Assembly: GCA_033551855.1 (NCBI GenBank)
Contig: JAWSUI010000022.1
Location: 31,770 to 56,009, forward strand
Reading direction: 5' to 3'
Origin: Deferrisomatales bacterium
Lineage (GTDB): Bacteria > Desulfobacterota > Deferrisomatia > Deferrisomatales > JACRMM01
DNA: 24,240 nt
Shown here: positions 8,761-16,814 of the stretch, one piece after another
Numbering within the stretch: position 1 is the first letter of the stretch
How the letters are laid out: every line of letters begins with the position of its first letter
Notes under the pieces: model-generated
Told to the model about the DNA's origin: nothing
Databases searched by the model: none
The model's input: the letters and a program-made list of their open reading frames with translations, nothing else
Translations under genes and position numbers: made by a program

Positions 8761-10092
8761 ATGAAACTGTGCATCGTGGGCACGGGCTACGTGGGGCTGG
8801 TGACCGGCACGTGCTTTGCTGAGATGGGCAGCGACGTGGTGTGCGTCGATATCGACGCCGCCAAGGTCGCCCAACTCCAGGAGAAGCGGGTGCCCATCTA
8901 CGAGCCGGGGCTCCAGGAGCTCCTGGACCGCAACGTCGATGAGGGCCGCCTGACCTTCACCACGGACCTCGAGGCGGGGATGAAGGACAGCCTCGTGCTC
9001 TTCATCGCCGTGGGCACCCCCGAGGGGGAGGACGGCTCGGCCGACCTCCAGCACGTGCTGGCGGTGGCCCGGGCCATCGGCCGGGGGCTCGAGGCTTACA
9101 AGATCGTGGTGACCAAGTCCACGGTGCCGGTGGGCACGGCCGAGAAGGTGCGGGCGGCCGTGCAGGCCGAGCTCGACGCCCGGGGAGCCGAGGTGGAGTT
9201 CGACGTGGTCTCCAACCCCGAGTTCCTCAAGGAGGGCAATGCGGTCCAGGACTTCCTCAAACCCGACCGGATCGTGGTGGGCACCGACAACGTGCGCACC
9301 GCCGAGCTCCTGCGGGAGCTCTACGAGCCCTTCACCCGGACGCGGGACCGCCTGATCGTGATGGACGTGCGCTCGGCGGAGATGACCAAGTACGCGGCCA
9401 ATGCCCTGCTCGCCACCAAGATCAGCTTCATCAACGAGGTGGCGAATCTGTGCGACCAGGTCGGGGCGGATGTGGGCAACGTGCGGCTGGGGATCGGGGC
9501 CGACAGTCGCATCGGGTACGCCTTCCTCTTCCCGGGGGTCGGGTACGGGGGGTCTTGCTTCCCCAAGGACGTCAAAGCCCTGATCCGCACCTGCCGACAG
9601 GCCGGGTGCGAGCCCCGGATCCTCGAGGCCGTGGAGGCGGTCAACGCCCGCCAGAAGTCGGTGCTCGCGGAGAAGATCCTGGCCCACCTCGCGGCCGGGG
9701 GGACCGACCCGAAGGCCGCCACGGTGGCGGTGTGGGGCCTGTCCTTCAAGCCCAACACCGACGACATGCGCGAGGCCCCGAGCCTGACCATCGTGGGACG
9801 GTTGCTGGACGCGGGCGTCGCGGTGCAGGCCTACGACCCGGTGGCCGAGGAAACCGCCCGGCGGGCCTTCGGGGAGCGGCCGGGTCTGTCGTTCTGCCCC
9901 ACCAACTACGACGCCCTGCAGGGGGCCCACGCCCTGGCCATCTGCACGGAGTGGGGGGTCTTCCGCCGACCGGACTTCGGCCGCATGAAGGCCCTCATGG
10001 CCGACCCGGTGATCTTCGACGGGCGCAACCTCTACGAGCCCAAGGACGTGCGCAAGCTCGGCTTCGCCTACTTCGGCATCGGCCGGAGGTAA
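8761..10092 (+). CDS. ugd: UDP-glucose/GDP-mannose dehydrogenase family, UDP-glucose 6-dehydrogenase
   Basis: [50 protein letters not shown] (catalytic Cys), [14 protein letters not shown]. Confidence 0.96.
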   Translation: MKLCIVGTGYVGLVTGTCFAEMGSDVVCVDIDAAKVAQLQEKRVPIYEPGLQELLDRNVDEGRLTFTTDLEAGMKDSLVLFIAVGTPEGEDGSADLQHVLAVARAIGRGLEAYKIVVTKSTVPVGTAEKVRAAVQAELDARGAEVEFDVVSNPEFLKEGNAVQDFLKPDRIVVGTDNVRTAELLRELYEPFTRTRDRLIVMDVRSAEMTKYAANALLATKISFINEVANLCDQVGADVGNVRLGIGADSRIGYAFLFPGVGYGGSCFPKDVKALIRTCRQAGCEPRILEAVEAVNARQKSVLAEKILAHLAAGGTDPKAATVAVWGLSFKPNTDDMREAPSLTIVGRLLDAGVAVQAYDPVAEETARRAFGERPGLSFCPTNYDALQGAHALAICTEWGVFRRPDFGRMKALMADPVIFDGRNLYEPKDVRKLGFAYFGIGRR

Positions 10093-10120
10093 GGCGTGCC
10101 GGGGCCCGCCCCGGCATGCC
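10093..10120 (+). other. Intergenic 12-bp stem hairpin between ugd and galE
   Basis: GGCGTGCCGGGG-CCCG-CCCCGGCATGCC with one G-U pair; no U-tract, so a stabiliser or pause site rather than a classic terminator. Confidence 0.5.
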
Positions 10121-10136
10121 GGACGCAGGAGGCTCC

Positions 10137-11144
10137 ATGGAATCCATTCTCGTGGCCGGGGGCGCCGGGTACATCGGGAGCCATGCCGCCAAGCTCCTCG
10201 CGCAGCGCGGTTACCATCCGGTGGTCCTCGACAATCTGGTCTACGGCCACCGCTGGGCCGCCCGGTGGGGCACCTTCGTGGAAGCCGACCTGGCGGACCG
10301 GGAACGGGTGAAGGAGGTCCTTCTCGAGCACCGCATCCGGGCGGTCCTGCACTTCGCCGCCTACGCTTACGTGGGCGAGTCGGTGAGGGACCCGGGCAAG
10401 TACTACCGAAACAACGTGGCGAACACTCTCTCCCTGCTGGAGGCCATGGCCGAGGTGGAGAGCGAGCACCTCATCTTCTCCTCTTCCTGCGCCACCTACG
10501 GGGAGCCCACTCGGGTCCCCATTCCCGAGGACCACCCCCAGAACCCCGTCAACCCTTACGGCCGCACCAAGCTCGTGGTGGAGCACATGCTGCGGGACTT
10601 CGAGGTCGCCCACGGCCTGCGCCACGTGAGTCTGCGCTACTTCAACGCCGCCGGGGCGGACCCCGAGGGGGAGCTCGGGGAGGACCACGACCCGGAGACC
10701 CACCTGATCCCCCTGGTGCTCGACGTCGCCCTGGGCCGTCGCCCCCACATCGCGGTCTTCGGCACCGACTACCCCACCCCGGACGGCACGTGCGTCCGCG
10801 ACTACATCCACGTGACCGACCTGGCGGAGGCCCACCTGCTGGCTCTGGAGCACCTGCTCGGGGGCGGGGAGAGCCGCTCCTACAACCTGGGCAACGGCCA
10901 GGGCTACTCGGTGCGAGAGGTCATCGAGGAGTCGCGGCGCCTCACCGGCCGGCCCATCCCGGCCCTGGAGGCCCGCCGGCGCTGGGGCGACCCGGCAGTC
11001 CTGGTGGGGAGCCCGGAGAAGATCCACGCAGAGCTCGGGTGGGAGCCCCGCTTCCCCGACCTGCGGTCCATTCTCGAGACCGCCTGGGAATGGCACAGGG
11101 GCCGGGGGACGGAGGGTCAAGGGGGACGGGCTGTTCGAGGTTGA
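10137..11144 (+). CDS. galE: UDP-glucose 4-epimerase (335 aa)
   Basis: ATG at 10137 after AGGAGG. GGAGYIGSH, HFAAYAYVGES, FSSSCATYG, NPYGRTK, LRYFNAAGAD, ETHLIP, DGTCVRDYIHV. Confidence 0.95.
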   Translation: MESILVAGGAGYIGSHAAKLLAQRGYHPVVLDNLVYGHRWAARWGTFVEADLADRERVKEVLLEHRIRAVLHFAAYAYVGESVRDPGKYYRNNVANTLSLLEAMAEVESEHLIFSSSCATYGEPTRVPIPEDHPQNPVNPYGRTKLVVEHMLRDFEVAHGLRHVSLRYFNAAGADPEGELGEDHDPETHLIPLVLDVALGRRPHIAVFGTDYPTPDGTCVRDYIHVTDLAEAHLLALEHLLGGGESRSYNLGNGQGYSVREVIEESRRLTGRPIPALEARRRWGDPAVLVGSPEKIHAELGWEPRFPDLRSILETAWEWHRGRGTEGQGGRAVRG

Positions 11145-11292
11145 GAGCCGTTCGATGTTCTGAGTTCGATGTGCGATCTTGGAAGCCGTTCCGGGTGCTC
11201 AAGGCAGTGCTTCGATGATTCCCCAATTCCGTGTGTAGGCGGTTCAACGAGAACCTCGAGCTCCGAACCTCGAACCCGGCACGTGGAACCTG
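11133..11292. repeat. Inverted pair of degenerate heptamer arrays (GTTCGAN x~7 ... GAACCTC x~6)
   Basis: Left arm: gttcgag gttgaga gcc gttcgat gttctga gttcgat gtgcgat cttggaa, containing the galE stop. Right arm 11251-11292: gaacctc gagctcc gaacctc gaacccg gcacgtg gaacctg. Confidence 0.75.
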
Positions 11293-11306
11293 ACAGGAGA
11301 CCGGCC

Positions 11307-11666
11307 GTGAAGATCATCCGTTCCGCAACCGCCGCCAGGTATGAGCCCGAGAAGGACTGGAAGCGCGTGAGCCTGTGCAACGAGGCGGACATCTCCCTCG
11401 AGCACTTCGTCAAGCCGCCGCGCCACGCGTCCCCCCGGCACGAACACCCGAGCGCCCAGGTCCTGGTGGTGCTCCGGGGCAAGCTCGCCGTCACCACCGA
11501 CGCGGACGGGGAGCAGGTCCTCGACGAAGGGGACGCGGCCTACATCCCCGGCGACGAGCCCCACGTGGTGACCAACCCGCTGGACGTGCCCTCCGTCGGC
11601 CTCGACATCTTCGTCCCCGGGCGCTCCTTCGACTTCTGGCTGAAGAGGGGGGACGTGGGGAACTGA
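11307..11666 (+). CDS. Cupin domain protein (119 aa)
   Basis: GTG at 11307 after AGGAGA. Cupin motifs SPRHEHPSAQVLVVLRG and GDAAYIPGDEPH. Confidence 0.85.
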   Translation: MKIIRSATAARYEPEKDWKRVSLCNEADISLEHFVKPPRHASPRHEHPSAQVLVVLRGKLAVTTDADGEQVLDEGDAAYIPGDEPHVVTNPLDVPSVGLDIFVPGRSFDFWLKRGDVGN

Positions 11667-11793
11667 CGCTTGGGGGGCCAGGAGGCTCCCTGGGCCCGGT
11701 GCTGCGGCGGCCGAGGTTCCCTTGTCTTTCCCCGATCCGAGCGATAGCCTTCCTTCTCCGACAGTCTGCGAGAGCCCCCCTTTGACTCGGGAC

Positions 11794-12225
11794 ATGGCGA
11801 TGAGTAGCCGAGAACGAGCGCTGGCCGACACCCTGCGGCCCCACCGGGTCGCGGCGCTGTACGCCTTCGGCAGCCGGGCGGGCGAGATCTTCGACTGGCT
11901 TGGAGGCCGGATCGACAAGCTGGCAGCGGGCCCGGCGGACGTGGACCTTGGCGCCCGCCCCGCCCGCGGCACGCGCTGGGGAGTGGACGAGAAGGTGCGC
12001 CTCGCCCAGTCCCTCGAGGACCTCCTGGGCGTCGGCCGGGTCGACCTCGTCGTGCTCTCCGAAGCCGACCCGTTCGTGGCGGCCGAGGTCGTCCGCGGGG
12101 AACGCCTGTTCGCTCTCGATAACCACGACGCCGACGAACACGAGCTCTACGTGTTGCGCCGGGCAGGGGATCTCGTGCCCCTGGAGCGGGAACGGATGGC
12201 GCTGCTTCTGGTGTCCCGGCGATGA
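11794..12225 (+). CDS. Minimal nucleotidyltransferase (MNT) antitoxin, MntA-like
   Basis: LYAFGSRA...DVD, RVDLVVL, A.EVVRG; ATGA overlap with the downstream HEPN gene. Start could be 11794 or 11800. Confidence 0.85.
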   Translation: MAMSSRERALADTLRPHRVAALYAFGSRAGEIFDWLGGRIDKLAAGPADVDLGARPARGTRWGVDEKVRLAQSLEDLLGVGRVDLVVLSEADPFVAAEVVRGERLFALDNHDADEHELYVLRRAGDLVPLERERMALLLVSRR

Positions 12226-12680
12226 CCCCGTCCCTGGTGTCGAGGCGGGTGCTCGCTGACCGGGCCGCGATCATCGGCGAGTGCCTCGCAGACCTGAGAG
12301 CGCTCCCCCTCGAAGACCAGACCGCGTTTCTCGCCGACCGGCGAAACGTGTGGGCGGCGGAATCCTGCCTGCGCCGCTGCCTCGAGGCGCTCCTCGACAG
12401 CGGCCGGCACATCCTGGCCAAGGGCTTTGGGGTCGGGGTGACCGAATACAAAGAGATCGCCGCTCGCCTTGAGGAGACCGGGGTTCTGGGACCTGCCGAG
12501 GCCCAGACCCTGCGCCTGATGGCCGGCTACCGAAACCGCCTCGTCCACTTCTACCACGAAGTCACCAAGACCGAGCTCTGGGAGATCTGTGCGCTGCGTC
12601 TGGTGGACGTCGAGCGGATCCGACGAGAGTTGCTGCGATGGGTCGAGCAGAACCCGCAGCGGATGACCGACGGCTTGTGA
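12222..12680 (+). CDS. DUF86/HEPN RNase toxin, HepT-like
   Basis: MAGYRNRLVHFY = RX4HXY motif; LRRCLEALLD..RHI helix typical of DUF86; translationally coupled to the MNT gene. Confidence 0.9.
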   Translation: MTPSLVSRRVLADRAAIIGECLADLRALPLEDQTAFLADRRNVWAAESCLRRCLEALLDSGRHILAKGFGVGVTEYKEIAARLEETGVLGPAEAQTLRLMAGYRNRLVHFYHEVTKTELWEICALRLVDVERIRRELLRWVEQNPQRMTDGL

Positions 12681-12771
12681 CCCGGGACAACTGCGGCGCA
12701 AGGGCTCTCGCGGCCGGGCGGGAAGGGGGCGGAACACCGGTCCCCCATGATGGGAAACCGAACCCCTCGCT

Positions 12772-13812
12772 TCACCCCTGGGGCAGCCCCCCCGCACGGC
12801 GGCGCAGGACCCAGCCGATCCCCACCGCCATCCCCAGGGTGAGCAGCCCCCCGACCAGTCCGGAGACGCTGGTCCCCGGGTCCACCGCCGGCCACGCGGG
12901 CTCCGGGTCCTCCCCCTCGGCCTGCGCCGGCGTCCGGAACCCGTAGTCCGGGAGGAACGACGTCCGCTCCTGGAGACGCTCCAGGCCCTCGTGGACCGCC
13001 CCGCCCCCTCGCTCCAGCTCCTCGGACCCCGTGATCCGGGAAATGGCCCACTCCAACCCATCCGGGTGGGCGGAGGCGAACCAGGAGAGCGCCACCCCGG
13101 TCACCGCGGCCGCCGTCGCCAAACCCAGGATCACGCGGCGCAAGGGCACGGCCGCGGCGGGCCGCGGGACCTCCGGGCGGGCCAGGAGCTCGGGCTGGGC
13201 GCGACGCACGAAGCCCACGACCGCCGCCGTGATCAGGCCTTCCACGACCCCGATGGCGAGATGGATGGGGAGCATGAGAAGCAGAAAGGAGCGGAGGGGA
13301 AGCTCCGAAATGCCCGAGAGCACGGTCTGGAGCACCACCCCGGCCGCCCCGAGCTGCAGGCCCACCGCCGCGGCTGCCACCGACGCGGCCGCAAGCCGCG
13401 CCGGCGAGGGGTCCCGACCCGCCAGGGGCCGGAACAAGAGCGGGTACGCCACGAAGCACGGCAAGGCTCCCAGGTTGAAGATGTTCGCCCCTAGGGCGAG
13501 CAGCCCTCCGTCCGCGAAGAAGAGCGCCTGGACCGTGAGCACCGAGGCCATTACCAGAAAGGCGGCATAGGGCCCCAGGAGGGCGGCCAGGATCATGCCA
13601 CCCCCAAGGTGTCCGCTGGAGCCCGTACCGGGGATCGTGAAGTTGATCATCTGGGCCGCGAAGATGAACGCGCCCAGCACCCCCATGAGGGGGACCCTCC
13701 GATCGTCCATCTCCTCCCGGACCTTGCGGGAGCAGTAGACCGTTACCATCCCCGTCGCAGCCCACAGGCTGCCGCCCACGGCGGGGGAGAGCAGCGCGTC
13801 GGCCATGTGCAT
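12772..13812 (-). CDS. ECF-type Ni/Co transporter substrate component, fused NikM/CbiM + NikN (PDGLE domain), 346 aa
   Basis: N-terminus MHMADALLS, FIFAAQMINF.IPGTGSSGHLGG, QALFFADGG.LALGAN, HLAIGVVEG, FASAHPDGLEW, FLPDYGF. Confidence 0.92.
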   Translation of the reverse strand: MHMADALLSPAVGGSLWAATGMVTVYCSRKVREEMDDRRVPLMGVLGAFIFAAQMINFTIPGTGSSGHLGGGMILAALLGPYAAFLVMASVLTVQALFFADGGLLALGANIFNLGALPCFVAYPLLFRPLAGRDPSPARLAAASVAAAAVGLQLGAAGVVLQTVLSGISELPLRSFLLLMLPIHLAIGVVEGLITAAVVGFVRRAQPELLARPEVPRPAAAVPLRRVILGLATAAAVTGVALSWFASAHPDGLEWAISRITGSEELERGGGAVHEGLERLQERTSFLPDYGFRTPAQAEGEDPEPAWPAVDPGTSVSGLVGGLLTLGMAVGIGWVLRRRAGGLPQG

Positions 13813-13848
13813 GGGGCGCCTCGCCAAGTGAAACGGATTTGAGTTCTC

Positions 13849-13886
13849 GTAGCACCCAACGACCGAAGCGTATCCAATCGTGTTAC
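13849..13886. promoter_or_regulatory. Candidate NikR-type operator upstream of nik(MN)
   Basis: GTAGCAC (13849-55), GTATCCA (13870-76) and GTGTTAC (13880-86); the outer two form an imperfect inverted repeat 37-74 nt upstream of the start. Confidence 0.45.
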
Positions 13887-13930
13887 CCCCGTCAACCTGG
13901 AAAGGGGCCGAAAGCGGGCCCCTCCGGAAA

Positions 13931-13969
13931 CACTGGGACATCGACTACGGGGAGGTGTTCGACTTCCTG
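13931..13969 (+). pseudogene. Possible short remnant of a DUF86/HEPN gene
   Basis: HWDIDYGEVFDFL with all third codon positions G/C; resembles the segment following RX4HXY in DUF86 proteins. Confidence 0.3.
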
Positions 13970-14203
13970 CCGGCCTCAACGATCTGCGAAAATATGCCAG
14001 AGCGGTCGGCCGAATGCTCTGACAAGGGCGGCCTCGCCGCCGGACGCCGCGCACGGGCACAAAAACCACCAACGCCGCCGGGGCATTTGTCCGTTTTCGG
14101 CCAGCCCGCCGGCATCTCCGCCCCGCCGTTACCCATCCGAAGCGCGGTGTGAACGGGATGGGCCACAAGAGCCACTGACCCTCACGTCCCCTAGGGCGCT
14201 TAC

Positions 14204-14336
14204 TGAACAGTGAGCAGTGAGCGGGAGACCCCCCTGAGCTTCGGGGTTTGAGGTTCGGTGCTTGAGGATTGGGGTTTCAGCTTCCGGCCTCCGGACTCCG
14301 GCTTCCAGCTTCCAGCTTCGAGCCTCCGGGTTCCCA
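14204..14336. repeat. About 19 in-register degenerate heptamers overlapping the pglF-like stop codon
   Basis: tgaacag tgagcag tgagcgg gagaccc ccctgag cttcggg gtttgag gttcggt gcttgag gattggg gtttcag cttccgg cctccgg actccgg cttccag cttccag cttcgag cctccgg gttccc. Confidence 0.8.
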
Positions 14337-16238
14337 CGGCCCGCGCCCCGGCGCGGAGGGCGCTTCGGGCGGCACCGCGGAGGGGTGCATCTGCAGGCGG
14401 TGGCCTGCGGCCCGGCCCGCGGGCCGGTACTCGGGAACCATCTCCTGGAGCTTGTGGACCACCAGGTCGTCGTCCCCTTTGCGCACGCAGAAGGTCAGCT
14501 CCTGGAGGTGGCGCTCCACGGTCTTGAGCTCGGTCGAGCAGGCCGCCGCCACCAGGATCTTCTTGTGGTCGGTGGGCTTGATCCCCTCGCCGTCGATGAG
14601 CAGCTCCTCGAAGAGCTTCTCCCCCGGGCGCAGGCCGGTGAAGGTGATGTCCACGTCCTGATGAGGCACGAGCCCCGAGAGGCGGACGAGCTCCTCGGCC
14701 AGGTCGACGATCTTCACCGGCTCCCCCATGTCCAGCAGGAAGATCTCCCCGCCGCGCCCCATGCTGCCCGCCTGGAGCACGAGCTGGCTCGCCTCGGGGA
14801 TGGTCATGAAGTAGCGGGTCACGTCCGGGTGGGTCACGGTCACCGGCCCGCCCCGGGCGATCTGCGCCTGAAAGAGCGGCACCACGCTCCCGTTCGAGCC
14901 GAGCACGTTTCCGAAGCGCACCGTGACGAACTCGGTGTTGCTGCCTTCCGCGAAGGCCTGCACGAAGACCTCGGCCGCCCGCTTCGACGCCCCCATCACG
15001 TTGGTGGGGTTCACCGCCTTGTCGGTCGAGATCATCACGAAACGCTCCACGCCGGCGGCGTCCGCAGCCTCGACCAGGTTCCGGGTCCCGAAGACGTTGG
15101 TGCGGACCGCCTCCAGGGGATGGAGCTCCATCATCGGCACGTGCTTGTACGCAGCCGCGTGGAACACCATCTGGGGCCGCAACTTCCCGAACCAGGCGGC
15201 CATGTTCTCGCCGTCGCGGACGTCGGCGAGCAGCGGCGTGGTCCGCAGGCGGGGGAAGGTGCGCTGCAGCTCCAGGGTGACGTCGTGCAGCGGGGTCTCG
15301 GCCACCTCGAGCAGGATCAGCTCCTGGGGCTCGAACCGGGCGATCTGGCGGCAGATCTCGCTCCCGATCGAGCCTCCCGCCCCCGTTACCAGCACCCGGC
15401 GCCCCGCGAGGCAGCTCTGGATCCGCTGCACGTCGAGGCGGACCGGGTCGCGCCCCAGCAGGTCCTCCAGGTTCACCTCCCGAAGCTGGGCCGCCAGCCT
15501 CTCCGGGTCGAGCATGTCGGTGATGGGCGGCAGGGTCTGCACCGCGAGCCCCGCCTCCTGGCACGCGTGCACCACCTTGCGGACGAGCGTCGAGGGGGCC
15601 GAGGGGATGGCGATCAGCACCTTGGTCACGCCCTGGAACCGGGCGATCCGCGGCAGCTCGGCGATCCGGCCGAGCACCGGCACCTCGCTCACCTTTGCGC
15701 CCACCTTGGCCGGGTCGTCGTCGAGGAAGCCGGCCACGTGATACGGCAGCTCGGGGTTGTGCTTGATCTCCTGCAGGAGCATCCGGCCGGCCATCCCGGC
15801 CCCCACGATCAGGATCGGCGCACCCTTCTCCTCGCGGCGGGAGTAGGTGTGCTCCTGGGCCAGGCGCCAGGCGAGGCTCCGGCCCAGGATCAGGGCGTTC
15901 AGGAACACCCAGTCGAGGATCGGGACCGAGCGCGAGTACCCGTCGAAGTGGGTCAGGAAGAGGGCGATGACCGTCGACGCCAGGCACGCCACGAACACCG
16001 TCTTCACGATGTGGATGAGGTCGTTGATCGAGGCGTAGCGCCACAGGCGGCGGTAGAAGCCCGAGAGGAAGAAGAAGGCGGGCTTGACCGCCAGAGAGAC
16101 GGCCATCCCGGTCCAGAACGCGGGCCAGTGGCTGTCGGGGATCTTCCCCTCGAAGCGGATCAGGTACGCGAGGAGGAGGCTGAGCGCTACGAGGACCGCG
16201 TCCACCGGGAGGAGAAAGAGCCTTCTGTACCGCTGCAT
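14277..16238 (-). CDS. Membrane-bound UDP-GlcNAc 4,6-dehydratase, PglF/CapD/WbpM-like (653 aa)
   Basis: ATG at 16238 after GAGGGGG. Four N-terminal TM segments, IVGAG.AG, EDLLGRDPV, VTGAGGSIGSEICRQ, FHAAAYKHVP, STDKAVNP.NVMGASKR, RFGNVLGSNGSV, GLRPGEKL.EEL. Confidence 0.95.
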   Translation of the reverse strand: MQRYRRLFLLPVDAVLVALSLLLAYLIRFEGKIPDSHWPAFWTGMAVSLAVKPAFFFLSGFYRRLWRYASINDLIHIVKTVFVACLASTVIALFLTHFDGYSRSVPILDWVFLNALILGRSLAWRLAQEHTYSRREEKGAPILIVGAGMAGRMLLQEIKHNPELPYHVAGFLDDDPAKVGAKVSEVPVLGRIAELPRIARFQGVTKVLIAIPSAPSTLVRKVVHACQEAGLAVQTLPPITDMLDPERLAAQLREVNLEDLLGRDPVRLDVQRIQSCLAGRRVLVTGAGGSIGSEICRQIARFEPQELILLEVAETPLHDVTLELQRTFPRLRTTPLLADVRDGENMAAWFGKLRPQMVFHAAAYKHVPMMELHPLEAVRTNVFGTRNLVEAADAAGVERFVMISTDKAVNPTNVMGASKRAAEVFVQAFAEGSNTEFVTVRFGNVLGSNGSVVPLFQAQIARGGPVTVTHPDVTRYFMTIPEASQLVLQAGSMGRGGEIFLLDMGEPVKIVDLAEELVRLSGLVPHQDVDITFTGLRPGEKLFEELLIDGEGIKPTDHKKILVAAACSTELKTVERHLQELTFCVRKGDDDLVVHKLQEMVPEYRPAGRAAGHRLQMHPSAVPPEAPSAPGRGPWEPGGSKLEAGSRSPEAGS

Positions 16239-16814
16239 CCAATCCCCCTCTGAACGCCCGGGAAGTCCGACGGCGCCGGCCCGCAGACAGGGCGGCCCCG
16301 GAGGAGCGGGACGCCGAGTCCCGCGGGGAGCGGCGCCATAGATACCAGAAAACGGACCTGCTGGTCTAGTGGGCCGGCAGTCCCAAGTCCGGCGCCCGGC
16401 TCCGGATAGGGCCGGAAAGCCCCTCCGCCGGGCCCAGCAACCCGCGACGTGTCGAAGGGAGGGCCCCGGAAGGGCGGCTAGGCCCGGTCCCACCCGTCTT
16501 CCAACCCTCGCCGCTTCGGTCGATGCGACACGGGGCCCCCGGCCCTTCGGCAAAACGTGGCGGTGAATTCTCGCGGCGGGCCAACAGGGGGCCGGTGCCC
16601 CTGGATTCACCGGCGAACCGGAGAGCAGAGCCGGAGAGCCCTTCCGCAAGACGCGGGCTGTGGGTCTCGGCACCCCTTGGCGTCAGGCGTCCCGCTTCGC
16701 ACCGAACCTCTGAGGCAAAAGAACTCCCCGTGTCCGAGATTCCCGGTCCGGACGCGTGCACCCTTGCCAGCCCCGGCCATTGCACAGAAATATGCTCCAT
16801 AAACTACCAGTGTC

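Noticed and set aside
7102..9930. 942-aa minus-strand ORF
   Set aside because: Antisense shadow of coaBC and ugd; no recognisable domain.
11133..11292. Integron attC site or CRISPR array interpretation of the repeats
   Set aside because: Arms run GTT...AAC, the opposite order to attC; no integrase is present; there are no constant repeats with unique spacers and no cas genes.
13985..14000. Sigma54-like TGGCATATTTTCGCA on the minus strand, and TTGCACAGAAATATGC near 16780
   Set aside because: GG-to-GC spacing is 9 rather than the required 10 in the first; the second lacks the GG.
13813..14200. Cobalamin riboswitch upstream of the CbiM-like gene
   Set aside because: I could not find the conserved B12-box or core motifs on the minus strand; an Rfam search would settle it.
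14200..16253. 663-aa plus-strand and 680-aa alternative-frame minus-strand ORFs
   Set aside because: Both overlap the pglF-like gene, which has all family motifs; their translations are Arg/Gly/Pro-rich or antisense noise.
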